DNA from: Eledone cirrhosa | Lineage: Eukaryota | NCBI GenBank assembly: GCA_964016885.1 | Contig: OZ024742.1 | Coordinates: 123,876,001-123,940,000, forward strand | DNA length: 64,000 bases | Reading direction: 5' to 3' | Part shown: piece after piece, positions 1 through 14,875 of the stretch | Position numbering within the stretch: position 1 is the stretch's first letter | Layout: each line of letters begins with the position of its first letter | The notes under the pieces: model-generated | Database searches by the model: none | Told to the model about the DNA's origin: nothing | What the model saw: only the letters and a program-made list of their open reading frames with translations | Position numbers and translations under genes: made by a program

Positions 1-10
1 ATATACATAT

Positions 11-1297
11 ATATTGGTAAACGGAATAGAAAATGCTGACAAATTGTTCACAGTTGAAAAATGCTTTAATTAGGAATAAAAGAGTATTAGTGATTGTATG
101 GGTTAGTATTCAGTTGTGGTTTTAAGTTTTTAAGTTTTTACCGGTTGCGCATTATCTAAATGCTTTTCAAAAATAATTTTGAGATAGTGTCCGTGCTGTT
201 TGCTCCGATCTGATTAGTTTTGGGAATTCTACGTGTTTTTATGTTAAAAAAGTGGCTCCAGCGTTATTTTTGTGTTGCAAAAATTCTTGTGGTCAAAACA
301 ATTTTGATTAGTCGGTAAAGGTCATGTGAATGTAGAAAGTTGATTTTGCGCCAAGACTGTTTTTATGTTAAAAAAGTGGCTCCAGCAAAAATTCTTGGTC
401 AAAACAATTTTGATTGGTCGGTAGAGGTCATGTGAATAAAAAATTGGTTGACTGTCCATAGATCCCAAGTTAAAATACGGGAATACAGGAAAATACCACT
501 GAGTGAACACATTGATACCTGTTCCGCCCAAAATCATCCCAACTTCAGAATCTTTCCCCTCTACAAATTTAAAGATAATGCCACCCACACCCAGCGCATC
601 AGCAAGGAATCTTACTTCATTAACAAATACGGACCCCGTCTAAACACTTCTCCCTAAGACGAACCCACAACATACACACGTCAACATACATACCTACATC
701 AGCACACATCTCTACCCACATATAAACACAATGACACACGTAAACACACATGCTCTATGGTGCAATACAAAGAAATATATGTGCATGTATATGTATGTAT
801 ATATGTATATATATATATATATATGTAGTGAATATATGTATGTGTATATATATATAGTGAATATCATTTCACACCTTTTATTGTTAAGATTTTTGATGTT
901 CTATTAAGAGAACCGATTTTACTGAAAAAATCGAATAATGTACACCATTTTACCAGGGGGAAAAAAATACTGGTCCACCCACACACACCCACACACACAC
1001 ACACATACACATATATATACACAAACACATACACACGCGTACATCAACATACAAAGAGACTTATACACACACACACACGCACTTCTCCGTATAAGACAAA
1101 AGCTGAAAAATATCTTTTGACATGCTAAAATACCCCCCATTGCTTTCAGACACATTCTTACTGACCATCCCTGCCACCACAAATTACTCTGCTATACACA
1201 CACACACACACACACTTATCTTTTGAGATGCTAAAATACCCCCCATTGCTTTCAGACACATTCTTACTGACGATCCCTACCACCACGAATCACTCTA

Positions 1298-1355
<58 letters not shown>

Positions 1356-1424
1356 ATCTTAATAGCCATTTGACACACATCGCTGCTGGTCATTGTCGCA
1401 GCATCGAACACCTTACTACTACTA

Positions 1425-1464
<40 letters not shown>

Positions 1465-1970
1465 TCACACATACACACACACACACACATATCTGTTGTG
1501 AAAGAGTCATTTCTCAATCTTGGCGCAAAACCAATTTTATATTCACATGACCTCTACCGACCAATCAAAATTGTTTTGACCAAGAATTTTTGCTGGAGCT
1601 ACTTTTTAAACATAAAAACAGTCTTGGCGCAAAATCAACTTTTTACATTCACATGACCTCTACCGACTAATCAAAATTGTTTTGACCACAAGAATTTTTG
1701 CAACACAAAAATAACGCTGGAGCCACTTTTTTAACATAAAAACAGGTAGAATTCCCAAAACTAATCAGATCAGAGCAAACAGCACGGACACTCTATCTCA
1801 AAATTATTTTTGAAAAGCATTTAGATAATGCGCAACCGGTAAAAACTTAAAAACTTAAAATCACAACTGAATACTAACCCATACAATCATTAATACTCTT
1901 TTATTCCTAATTAAACCATTTTTCAACTGTGAACAATTTGTCAGCATTTTCTATTCCGTTTACCAATATA
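11..1970 (+). mobile_element. 5'-truncated Penelope-like element with inverted terminal arms
   Basis: 11-447 is the reverse complement of ~1530-1968. ORF 448-657 is a GIY-YIG C-terminus (HRSQ..SEH..C..F...R..KE..FI....P.LN). TA-rich sequence on both sides. Confidence 0.8.
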
Positions 1971-2007
1971 TAATAACTTGTGTGTTACACCTCTATTCTT
2001 TTAACTA

Positions 2008-2572
<565 letters not shown>

Positions 2573-3795
2573 ATTAATCGGTATGTGCGTGTGTATGTGT
2601 GTATGTGTGTATGCACGTATATATAGTGCTTTGTTTGGATATATTACTTAAGGTAAACTTTTGAAACTACACATAACTAATGCTTTGACTACATGAAACC
2701 AATATTCTGCTATGAAATATATCTAATGTTCTCTCTAATGCATTTGAAGGTATTTACTTTTCTATTTTTTTTCCCATAATAGTAGTCGTATTGAACTTTG
2801 TGTGGTATGATTGGACATTTTCAAACGTGCAGAAACTTATGTTTGTGTTCTGATTTTTATTCCAATGCCGCTTGTTACTCATTTGTAATACGTTTCTGTT
2901 TCGTGAACGGAACGTATATTAATATTTCCTTTAATGTTAAAAACGTTTCATTATACTTTCCAGTAAATTTCCTATGTAATGTCATCAAGATCAGGTGTGT
3001 TTATATAAAATCTTTTTAGTGCGTATAATTTTTGAATTTATAAACATTGTTTTGTACTTGCACTAAACACGAATGTATATTTCAATATCACCAGGTTCTT
3101 CTTAGAACAGCTAAGAATATTTCAACACATTACAAATTCATGGAATATTTTAACAGTAATTATTTCTGTTTTTCTCTTCTTTACATCATTTTTGAAGATA
3201 TATATGATCAGAAATCACACTTATGGAACATGTGTGATCCGCTATTTAATCCACCATGTAACATACTATGCTTGAATAATGGTGGAGTATGTTTGAAATG
3301 AATCTTACATATTAGAATAATTGTTTCCGTTAAGGATACACTCATACACTGATATATGTTTTTATATTATATGACTGTTTTAATGTTTATTTGTAATATT
3401 CTCTTACAATTTACATAACTAACGTTTGAAATATAGAAGACATTCGAAAACATAAATTATGATAAATACTGTTCATTGTTCATAATATTTGCGCAGACGG
3501 TACACCACATGAGATGATGAAATAATCTTTAAACTGGTATGAATGAGGTTAATTTTGCTAGACTTCTGCAACAATTTCATGTTGCAAATACATTTTCGTT
3601 CGACAACACGTGCTGTGCCGTATGATTGTCTAACTTTTTCATAGCTATTGACTTGCAATGTTTCGTCACTGCATCTGCAGTAATGCGTTATATATACCGA
3701 CTTTGCTATTGTAGAGCAAATAAGTAACTGTCACTTCAAGCGACAAGTGACAATATTACATTTTCTATTTTAATGAAATAAAATGTATTAAATAA

Positions 3796-6720
3796 CTAGC
3801 AGACGTACCCGGTGATTCCCGGGTATTTTATGAAATTTACAATATATTTTGCCACATATTACGAAATATTTGACCACTGAAATTGCTGTATTTTAAATAC
3901 AGTAGGAATTATAGCAGAATATATATTATCGCTTGTTCAAAGCAAATCATTTAGATAAACATATTAGTTTTGTCCTGTTGTGTTTTCTGAATACTGCCCC
4001 CTATTACAATCACCTTATACAATGCTTCTCAACTTGATGAATCATTAGGTAGGTTGTCAATGAAAAAGGCATGACAAAAAATACATTTGGATACTTTATT
4101 AATCTTTTCTTTTTGTATAATCTGAACCTCTGAAATTTAAACAATATGTGAAGACTATTTTTAAACCATAAAGAAAATAAGATAAACAAATAAATTTAAC
4201 ATGTTTTATTAAGAATGAATGAAGTATTTTCTTACTTATTTCTGCAATTCTAGAAAGTGATTTAAATTGTTTACACTGTAGCTTTCACCAAACTTTACCT
4301 CGAAAGCAGTAGGATCTTGTTTGAGGGAGATTTGTTTTCTATTTCTTTTAGGTAAACCTACAGTTATAGTGTCTCCCATGACATACATAGGTTCATACAT
4401 ACGAGTGTGTCTGTGTGCGCGCGCGGCGTGTGTGTGTGTGTGTGTGTGTGTGTATGACTGTTGGCTGTTATTTGAAATGGATTTTGCTAATATTTTTAGT
4501 AGATTGAGGTGTCACAAATATCGTTTCCTTTTTGCTTCATATATATATGCATTCATGAAGGAAATTGGCTGTTATTTCTAACCTTCAATGACCACCCTTG
4601 AGATTTATTTCGGTCATGGCAAAACTGAGTCTGATAGGAAATTGAAGCCTTTGAAATTCAAATGGAAATCATTTTCCTTCAGAGTTATTCTGGGAAGGAA
4701 ACTATTGTCATCAGCAACTTTACCTGACATGATTGCGACTTCTAGGACATTGAGCATCATAATGTTGATGGTGAGTCTTGTGACATTACAAGGTTTTGGA
4801 GGATCCAGTGTACGAAGTAGCATAACTGATACAACAAGCTTCAGTATCATGCTGTGGGAAGAATTTCTGCTAAGTCAACACTGTTCAAAACTTCAGTCGG
4901 ATAGTTCACAACCTGGGCTTAGGATATGATTTTGTCCAGCAACCATCGGTTGACTTCTTTGAAATCAACATTTATCGGTGCTAGGATTGTTCGTTCTTGG
5001 AGACATTTGAGATCACATTGTCTGATCTGAATGTTTGGAAACACACTTATAATCAGTTTTTGTTCTGTTTCAATGATGTAGCCAAATAAAAACTGAATCT
5101 GGTCGTTGGCGTCCTTTTCAAGAATCCCATTTCCTAATATAAGTAGTCTCTAGTCAAATGCAATTGCTCAGGTAATGAAAGCGCGGCCAGAGATGTGTTG
5201 TTTTCAGAGAGGCATTAATTTGCTCAACCTGGGTCCTCGGGGAATTTCAGGCAGAGGTTGTCTGAAATCACCAGCAAGAACCGTTGTCCCTTCTCCAAAT
5301 ATGCTAGTATTTTCTCTCAGATCTCATATACTCCGGTCCAAAACGTGTATGGCTCATGGTGGCTTCCACCCAAATTATAATCTTGCATGTTTGCAGATGG
5401 TTGTTCTTGGGTGAGTTCTTCTTGATGATGTAAAAAGATTGTTCCTCTTATGTGTGATCTATGGGTAGAATAAACATGGAGTGTGTAATTCCTCCTCCAT
5501 CCAGAAGTGTTGTTGCAATACCATTTGAAACCACAGGAAAGGCAATACGTTACTTTTGGCGAACTTTTGAAAGCAGGAGGTTAATCAGGAATATCTTACC
5601 TGTGCAAGCAGGAACATCGATGAATATTCATTTTGAATATTTTTCATAATGTTGTGGTAGGCGTATTTCTGGTCATCCACTAATAGAGGTTCATTTTCAT
5701 CCAAAAACTTACGGAAGGCTTGGATGTCATAGTTTGTCTCCTGAAAAGCTTCTCGTCCTACATCCATTTCTTCATCTGACGCTGGCTCCTCGCTGTTAGT
5801 TAATGTGCTACTCATTGCCTGAACTTGATGGAACAGGTCGCAGAGGGCTTGGTTGTACATTCTGGGGGAATATTCCATATATATTTTGCCATGGTGTCTT
5901 CGGGCGAGGTGTAGATAGTCGTCCGACATATTGTTTTTGTACTCCTGCCAGAGTAGATGAGCTTTATCAATTCCACATGATGTGATTATAAAAGCAAACA
6001 ACTGTCTTATTTGACTGACAACTTGAGTGACTGGTGCTTTTTCTAGGGTATTCTTCCAACGTCCATTGTCATGCAGGAGTCCACGCTTTTTACATGCTTC
6101 TGGGTATGTTGCGCACTCGCTTCCTGCAAAGCACCTTAAATCTTCAAATGTCATTGGTCCTCGAAGAATATGCAGAAACAGCGGTAAAAGACACTCACTT
6201 TTGTTGGGATTGTCATTGTAAACACGCCCAATAACATCACTTGACTTAAATTCATGACGTTCCAGTAAATGAACTTGCTTCTTTCGATTCCAGGTGTTGT
6301 AATTCATTCAGGTGTAGAATGTTGGGATGTCAGCATACAGGAGGGATCGAACACATTCATCATTGTGGCGGAGTTTTAAAAAAGCAGTTAGAGTAGTGTC
6401 AGGTTGTACTTTGATGAGCAGTGATCTAAGTGAAGTACACTTTCTGTCCATTTCCCAGATGAACTACTAGGTTCACTACTGTTGGATGGCGTTTGTGGAT
6501 ATCAAATGCGAAGATCCACCAGATAGATTCATTGCTGGTGATGCATCGAACTGTCTAATACCGTTTAAACTCATGCAGCCAAAGATAATTGAGTTCCATG
6601 TTAATATTCTTGTTGATATATTTTGTGACATATAGTATTGCTTTGCTGAGCTGTAATACTCAATATTGATATGAGCTGTAATACTCAATATTGATATGAG
6701 CTTTTAGAAGTTTCCACATT
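3796..6720 (-). mobile_element. Decayed Helitron (Rep/Pif1 helicase remnants, intact 3' end)
   Basis: Fragments AHINIE (6476-6688), LHILRGPMTFEDLR..TYPEACKKRGLL..QIRQLFA (5585-6307) and VMLLRTLDPPKPCNVTRL..PRI (4614-4850). The minus strand ends TACCCGG-gaatca-CCGGGTA hairpin, 6 nt, then CTAG|T at 3799-3796. Confidence 0.9.
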
Positions 6721-6802
6721 TGTGTCTGATTATAACAAAAACTTTATTTTGTTAATTTTAATTATATATTATATTTTGTTATTCTATTATATATCCTTAT
6801 TA

Positions 6803-6990
6803 TGGTGAATTGGCAGTATCGGTAGAGGGTCGGACCCCATGCTTTCCAGCATATTTACGTCCCTTTACGATTTGAGTTCAAATCCCGCCGAGGTTGACTT
6901 TGCCTTTCATCCTTACGGGGTCGATAAAATAAAGTACCAGTAATGAACTGGGTTATTGCTGGCCTTGTGCCTAAAGTAGAAACAATTATT
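6803..6990 (+). mobile_element. tRNA-derived SINE (octopus OK/OR-like), full length
   Basis: A-box-like TGGCAGTATCGG and B-box GAGTTCAAATCC, core ctttgcctttcatccttacggggtcgataaaat, tail gcctaaagtagaaacaattatt. More than 10 copies in the window. Confidence 0.85.
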
Positions 6991-7027
6991 ATATATTCTA
7001 TTATATATCATTATTTTATAATTCTGT

Positions 7028-7217
7028 AGCGGTGATTTGGCAGTATCCGTAGAGGGTTAGACGCCATGTTTTCTAGCATAGTTACGTCCCTTTACAGTCT
7101 GAGTTCAAATCCCGCCAAGGTTAACTTTGCCTTTCATGCTTATAGGGTCGATAAAATAAAGTACCAGTAATGTACTGGATTATTGCTGGCCTTGTGCCAA
7201 AAGTAGAAACAATTATT
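7028..7217 (+). mobile_element. Same SINE family, tandem second copy
   Basis: Aligns end to end with 6803-6990. Confidence 0.85.
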
Positions 7218-7659
7218 TTATAATTCTGATATAGAACCAGGTCTTTGGTTGATTAGGGTCCAATTAATATGACCAGATTAGCACTAATCAACACTTACTG
7301 CAGACTAAACTATATCTCGGCTATAACAACTGCTCTAGATGGTAGGCTCTGGCATTCTTGGTATTGTCATACCATATGTCACACATGGGGTCAAGAAATG
7401 TCAATACGTATGTGCTAGCTATGTCCAATCATATGTTCAGCTGCACTTTACCTTTTCGACACTACAAGCCCAGATTTAATCACTTGTATGGTTGGCAGCA
7501 ACATTAAAACACACACACTCGCCCAATGTCAACTGTATTCTGCGCTATCAACCTTAATAACCGAAATTGTAGGCATTTCAAGACGGTACCTGAAGAGATG
7601 TGTCTATGTTTTTCCCGTTGTTTTTTCCATTGTCTTTGTCGCTGAGCCCCATATTGTGA

Positions 7660-7779
<120 letters not shown>

Positions 7780-7794
7780 ATATGTATATATATA

Positions 7795-7839
<45 letters not shown>

Positions 7840-8828
7840 CACTCCGATAAAAAAAAGAAAAGAAATAGAAATATCCTATGTTGGACGAATGGAACATTCT
7901 GGCAACTCGGATATGTTTATTTCTTTTCTGTTTGTATCGGAGTTAAATAATGAGAACCATTGAGTTATATATTGACGTGCTATGCAATTAAACATACGTA
8001 GATGTTATGCATTTAATTTCCACCTATATCTAAATACTGTTAACATTGCGTGCTAAAGAAAATACTGTAAACTGTATTAATGAAGAAAAAGTGTTATTTA
8101 ATTGCTTGTTTAGAATTTGAATTATTTTCAGAGAGCAAACACTAAAATCCAATGAGGATTTTAATGGCTGATTGGTTCTAATTTTTTTAGATTTTGTTTT
8201 TCTCTGAATCTGGTCAACCATTAGCTGCAGATTAAAGGTTGAGATGTGGACGCCATTTCGGAGTTATTCTTACGAGAAATAGAAAGATAAATTATTTCAT
8301 GTATTTATCTCCAACGAAGAATCTTTGCATTTTAAAGATTGTTTTTTATATGAATATTATAAGCGTTGCCAATTATGTATATGAGGATGAATGCTTGGAT
8401 TATATTTGACATTTAAGAACAACATTATCGAGTAATCTTATATTGTAAAAATGAATTACCACATTGTTGTAATAATGATTTAATAAATGTTATTTCAATA
8501 CAAAAGAAAATGTAATTGTATCGCTTGTCGCTCGTAGGTCACATTTAATTGTACTCTGCAAAAGCAAAATCGGTATATACACCTTTTTACTGCATATTCA
8601 GTGAAGAAACTACGAGGATATGTTACAAAATTCTGATTGATGATGTTAGCCTTCTAGTAGATTCACATAAATTTACTGTCTAAAATTATAAGTCCAACAA
8701 CCAACAGCAAAGTAAGTTTAAAGCAGGTTTTAATTGGCCTGAACGTCAGAAATTGAATTTCGGACACTCAGAGATAGTGATTGGCACGTTTTTAGAGCAT
8801 CAGTTGGATAATCCCTTTTATAATAGTG

Positions 8829-8895
8829 TTCATTCTTACGGGGTCGATAAAATAAAGCACCAGTAATGCACTGGAGTAATTGCTGGCCTTGTGCA
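8829..8895 (+). mobile_element. 5'-truncated SINE copy
   Basis: cattcttacggggtcgataaaataaagcaccagtaatgcactgg..ggccttgtgc. Confidence 0.75.
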
Positions 8896-9189
8896 CATTA
8901 TATGTTGTCTAATGGGTGGCTGATACCCCGTTATCATCTAAGAAAAACAATTTTATTCAGATGGGCTGGATTATGTCCCTTATTGCCTGTGGATATATCT
9001 GGATAAAACAAATATCCCTGTTCATGTATCTGTCTACGGGCCCGAAAAAGGGCTATTTTAAAAGTGCTTCCTTCAATATGCAGTGGTGGTCATAATGGGA
9101 CCGCGAAATTAATGGTCACACATACATGTTAAGTGTATGAACACACACACATGTATATATATCTACACACACACACACATATATATAGA

Positions 9190-10041
9190 AGTGGATACAC
9201 AACAATTAGTTCACCATGCCGAGAACAATTGTTTCACCTTAGCGGATCCTCAGCTCGTAATGGACATGGTTATACGGAACGGGAAGGACAACCGTCCGAA
9301 CGCGCTTACGCAGAAAGGATCACTTCACACAGGCAATACTAAATTGCGTGCGAGAGTGTAAGGGAGATAAATGCAAAAGTCTGAAAATCTCTAGTTGATA
9401 AGAAAATTAGCGTGTTGTGGTAATTCAATCCGGGGCTTTGTAGTTATGTAAGAGGTGTTTCGAGACGTGTAGACAATGTGAGAAGAATTCATTCCTTGAC
9501 TTTAGGCGATCACTATTGCGTAATCTCTTTAGAATATTTATTCGTTCATCAATACATAGTCCATACGAAGGATTACCCCGTGCGTATGGCTTGGACTTAG
9601 TGATGGCTTTCCTTTGAATGGAGTAGTCTATACTTGAGTCCTTGAGGGACCATACGTGGCTCACGAGTTTCGTGGATGAAAGTCTGTCCGGGTACCTAAA
9701 AGTCGACTGGTGGTTCAGGAAGCGTTCCTTAAATCAGGCCTCCGCCAAACCCACATAGGATTTGACCTCCCGTGGTTGATTTGGTCGGTTGGAAGTGACT
9801 ACTACTTCATAATCTACAGCGGGTGTGTTGCATTGCTGTTAAATGGGACAAGCTTCGGGCTTACGGCAAGGGTACACCTCTCGCACGCAATTTAGTATTG
9901 CCTGTGTGAAGTGATCGTTTCTGCGCATGCGCGTTCGTAAGTTTGTCCTTCCTGTTCCGTATAACCATGTCCATTACCAGCTGAGGATCAGCTAAGGTGA
10001 AACAATTCTCCTCGGTATGGTGAACTAACTGTTGTGTAACC
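9190..10041 (-). mobile_element. Truncated PLE with inverted arms
   Basis: 9190-9360 is the inverse of 9873-10041. Internal GIY-YIG remnant 9425-9770 (HVWSLKD..I.YSI..KA..Y..G...LC..E...SRNEFFSHCLH). Confidence 0.85.
9220..9257 (-). ncRNA. Minimal type-I hammerhead ribozyme
   Basis: CGAG CUGAGGA uCCgcuaaGGu GAAAC AAUU GUU CUCG, with palindromic loop 3. The inverted copy at ~9987-10015 has stem I and stem III mismatches. Confidence 0.7.
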
Positions 10042-10100
10042 TAACTTGTCCCATGGACTGTGTGCTCGACCACTACGGATATTACCTTCCAGTGTTCTAC

Positions 10101-10154
<54 letters not shown>

Positions 10155-10437
10155 ATGAAAGGTATAGAAAGTATTGTAGCAAGAAGCCAACAGAATTCCA
10201 TAATATATAAGTGATTATAGCGGCAAAATGGGAAAATAGTTAACGTAAGATGTGGGAAAAATAATTCAAACTCAATTCAAAAAGAATCAGGATATAGATT
10301 TATCCAACAAAATTTAGTGAAATCCAGTTAAAAATCAATCGAGCCTTAACTCATGATAAAATAAAGTTTAAAATACTCATCCTTCAATTTGGGACAACTA
10401 CAAATGCTCTGTATAGTCTTGAAAAGGAGTATTTCAC

Positions 10438-10541
<104 letters not shown>

Positions 10542-10852
10542 AATGTAATCTGAGTTTTTTGAATATTAATAATAACATTCGATTCGTTTGTTTGCAATTA
10601 TGAAAACAAGCCTCAATTTAAGACCGCAATGTTTGCGTATGCATGTGTATGTACACCTATATGGATGCGTGCATCTATATATTTAATTATTGTTGATTTC
10701 AATAACCTTTGTAATTTATTTACATTATTCTTAACTCTGAAGCCGAGAATTATTCGGTTTACTAAATAGAGTTTTAGTCTACTACTTCATGTATACCATA
10801 CATTTGGTTTACTCTCTGCGTGTAATTGTTCTCCACGGTCCACATAATGAAG

Positions 10853-11045
10853 TATTATCTTCGTTTTTTTTTCTTCATTGCCAGAGAAAGCCTCCACGAA
10901 ACACCTAAATAGAATATTAGTCTATGACTTCTTTTATACCATAAACTTGGTTTTGTCTCTGCTTGTAATTATTCTTACCGCTCCAAATAATGACGTATTA
11001 TCTTCGTTTTTTTTCGTTCATTGGCAGGAACGTCTCCACGAACCA
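10853..11045 (+). repeat. Local direct duplication of ~50 bp
   Basis: tattatcttcgtttttttt..ttcattg.cag..a..g.ctccacgaaac at ~10853 and ~10996. Confidence 0.7.
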
Positions 11046-11294
11046 AAGTATCGTCTTCCTGTCTTCCCTCGGTTGCAACGTTTTTCGAAATATTTACTTC
11101 TGCGTTCACAGATTTTTTTATTTTTAGTTGCAGAAGATTCCGTTAAGGGTGAAAGCAGCGATTCCTTGCTTAAACATTAATCTGTTATTTTAATAAATAT
11201 TTGCTCTACGGTTCTTATATATTTGATATATATTTATCCTTACCGAGCCCTCTTTGGATTTTAGTCTTCAAATTTATTATTATTACTATGAGTT

Positions 11295-11541
11295 GAGGCA
11301 CGTGGCCTAGAGGTAATGCTGTTGGACTTACGATCATAACATCGTGGCTTGGATTCATGTGTTGCGTGTTGTGTTCTTATATTAACGTTGCTCCAGTATA
11401 CTCAGCTGAAAATGAGTGTCAGCAATAGCTGGGGCTTAACACTGCGATGGACTGTGTCCTGTCCAGGGGGAAGTCTTGTACTCTCAGTAACTTCACGCCA
11501 TGAAACCGGGATAAGCACCGGCCAAATGAGCCTTCTGGCTT
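11295..11541 (+). mobile_element. tRNA-derived SINE with Meta-domain-like core (MetaSINE)
   Basis: tRNA-like head gtggcctagaggtaa. Core ctgcgatggactgtgtcctgtccaggggga..cttcacgccatgaaaccgggataagcaccggc resembles, from memory, the MetaSINE central domain. Confidence 0.7.
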
Positions 11542-11861
11542 AATACAGACTTTAGACTTATATACCTATATATGCAAACATTTTATTTAAAATTGTTGGG
11601 TTACAACGAGTAAATATTTTATAACTGATATAAAAGCACTCAACAGATTTTGGAGTATTTTACTATATTAAACAAATGGAAACTACATTTATAAAACCAT
11701 ACTTATTTCATTATATATATTTCAGGGATATCATATTAAAAATATGGTATGCCCTCTTCAGACAAAATACAATATATAAACAGTTTTATAAATAAATTTG
11801 ACATACCTTGAAAAATTAACAACTTCCATTTAAAAAGTTGTTATGGTAGTCATAACAACTT

Positions 11862-11941
<80 letters not shown>

Positions 11942-14601
11942 TATTAGGTGGTTAGTTAGATTCGTGGTTTACTGAGGTGGGTACCAAAATTCGAACTCTA
12001 ATTGTATATATTGAAAACAAAGTGAGGTTTCACATTTAGGTCTTTATTGATAATACATAGTTTCACAAATGGCTAGAACAGGATCTACATTAATGCCGAT
12101 CTGTCCTACAGACTTGTTAATCAAAAGACAACTGTCCATTCCAGCAAAACTGTAATCTTAATCAGGCGAATCCAAAATCTTATCTATGACATTAATATAG
12201 ATCCTGAGCCACCCATCTGTGAAACGGTCATAAATATGTATAATCAATAAAGACCTTAATGTGAAATCTCACTTTGTTTCAATATATATATATATCTGTG
12301 TGTGTGTCTGTCTGTGGGAGAGAGGGGAGGATAGACAGGCAATTTGTGTGTGTGTGTGTGTGTGGGGGGGGGTCTGTGTGTATGTGTGTGTGGGTCTGTG
12401 TGTGTGTGGGTGTGTGCGTTTGTCCACAATTCTGCATTTATATGTTTGCATGTGTCATGTATATTTGCATGCATTTATATGTACGTATATGTATAGTACA
12501 TAGTGTGACAGACAGATAACTGTATTGATATATCATGAAATAGATCATATATCGAATACGAAACGTATGATGATTGGAATTTGTAAATACATAGATTTTC
12601 TGCTTCAATATTATTTAACACTATTGAAAATTTAGAAACTAAGTTATTATAAATTTAAGACGATTATAGTTAAACTATATCCAATATATTTACAACGCAC
12701 AAACCCATCTGTTTTAATTTTTAGTAGATTATATCAATATATTTATGTTTACACATTCTCACTGATATAGACAATTATATATATATTTGTTTGTGTCCAT
12801 GTTTTTTTATGTATTATATAATATATCTATGTTCATGCCTAAATACTGTTGGTTTTGTATGGTTTTGTGCTGCATTCTTAAAGTCAACAAGACAGCAACA
12901 TTTGTTACAAATGAACCAACCATAAAATTACTTATTTGTTTTGGTCTCCTAGACACCTTCTAAACTTGTTTTATCCAGACTACACAAAACTAGCGGAAAG
13001 GGGTTATATCGGCTACAATATTGAATATTACTGAGTGTTCTCTTTGTTGTAATTGACTAAATTATATCTAAAGTCTAGTTGTAGCCAGCTCAATGAATTA
13101 CAATTAGCATTCAGCGGAAAGGATTTTAAATAAAAAAAATGTATAAATACCAAATGGAATTACAAATTGTAGTTTTTCGTTTTAGTCTTGCTTTTAGTAT
13201 TTTTTCCTTTCATTATCCTTAACATCATTTGTTTGTGTATTTATTCCCCCCCCCCCCCGCTGCTTCTTTCACCTTTTCCTTTCCTATTCTATATTTTCCT
13301 ATCTCCCCAACATCTGTCTCTTTCTCTCCATCTCTCTATTTTTCATGTATATTTTTCCTTCTTGTTACTATTTTTATTACATTTACTTTCCTTTCACCTC
13401 ATTTTCCTATTATATGCTTCCCTTACATTCCTTTTAGTTCTCTCCCATCTCCAAGCTATTTTCCTTCTCTTTTTATATCTCTCTTTCTTTATCTACTCAT
13501 CTCTATTCTCTGTTGTTAACTCCACTTATTTAGTTGCGAAGCCAGTGAATTTATTTCATCTATATTAACCTGATTTTTCGATTCTTTAATTTGAATTATT
13601 TCAGTATCGCTTTGACAAAGCAATATACGTGCTTCTATCCCATCTCCCATCAACATTTGCCTGCTACGTTTATTCACCAACGGGTGAAGAAGGCTGCAAC
13701 TGTAGTTTCCGCATTAATAACATTGGTAGTACGAAGGGAAGCATAACAATGCATCAGGCATTTTCTGAGATTAAATTGCCGGAGTTGGTTTCATCAGCAA
13801 ACAGTTTCTATAGACTGGCACAGTAGTATGTAAAAAGAGCAAATAAATAAACAGCTTTTCAAAACATACTCCAGCTATAAGAACTACAATATACTCGATG
13901 CTCAATTTAGTTTCTTCTATCTAATTTGATTAAGCACTTAAGTTAGTAACACTCCCTTTCCACATCTCTCTCTAGTATTACTTTGGGTTGCTAATTAACA
14001 ATGGTTCTATCCCGACGTCAGTCGTATTCCATTAATATTATTAATGAAATGATTATTTTCTAAATGTTTAGTTTTCTTTAGCATTTCTTGAATCGTATTC
14101 ATACATATAAAAATATGGGTTGTTATACTGACGGAATTGATTGTTGTAGGGAAACAAATTATAGAATATTTGATATGATATCGAATACGTTTGCAATACA
14201 TTCAATCACATATAGTATATATGCTTGAGTATATATTCATAGTATATATTATATACTATGATGTAGGTTTGCGTTTTGTGTATTATGTTATATACTACAG
14301 TGCAATTTCCACTTATTCGTAGAGAGGTTGGTCATCTGAAATATATATTTATTGCTATTGATTGTTTGTATACAATATACGTGAGTTAAACCTTTCTAAC
14401 AGGATAAGGATTTCGATCTTTATGAATGATATAGGAAATATTTGTTTTTAGATATAAGAATTAATACGTGTGAATAACGAAGGAGCAGATTTATAATCTG
14501 GTGGGCACGGGAACTTCCTGATTGGTTAGCCCCTCATATTACAACACACATACATGGACACACACATATAAATATATATAGAAGGGTTTAACTATATTAG
14601 T

Positions 14602-14712
14602 AAGAGTCGGGGTTGACGGCTGAGCTTTTGCCGTTTCGACAGGTATTTCCAGACCGGATTGTAACTAGCTGTCGAAACGGCAGGAGCTGAGCCATCGGGA
14701 CCCGTCTCTTTC
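14602..14712. repeat. Short fold-back element containing a 3' half hammerhead motif
   Basis: aagagtcggg..gacggctgagc..gccgtttcgacag pairs with ctgtcgaaacggc..gccatcgggacccgtctctt. Related to 18695-18885 and 62022-62190. Confidence 0.7.
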
Positions 14713-14824
14713 TTATATATATATATATATATATATATATACGTTATTCCGGGTTGAATCGGAGGCAACCACAGTAAGTAAGGTACTCAATACATTGCAG
14801 AGTATAAAAGTTTTAATATAGATG

Positions 14825-14875
14825 AGATTCTACAGGACTAGAACTGTTTCATTCTTTAGAAATCATCAGGAATCT
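14825..14875 (-). ncRNA. Type-I hammerhead ribozyme
   Basis: AGAUUC CUGAUGA uUUCuaaaGAAu GAAACAG uucuaguc CUGUA GAAUCU. All three stems pair; GUA cleavage site. Confidence 0.88.

Noticed and set aside
6803-6890. tRNA gene
   Set aside because: A/B boxes belong to a multi-copy SINE head; no full cloverleaf.
8961-9095. Possible first CARP exon (ttcag ATG GGC TGG..QWWS)
   Set aside because: Stop codon directly after WWS, no usable donor and no FWG/QSP motif; probably chance.
11970-12070. Possible mariner-like terminal repeat
   Set aside because: No partner TIR or transposase remnant recognised.
13188-13568. Hydrophobic 126 aa ORF
   Set aside because: Product of a CT-rich low-complexity tract.
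13629-13690. SPINI peptide resembling the CA QSPINI motif
   Set aside because: In-frame stops on both sides and no upstream W..C..G context.
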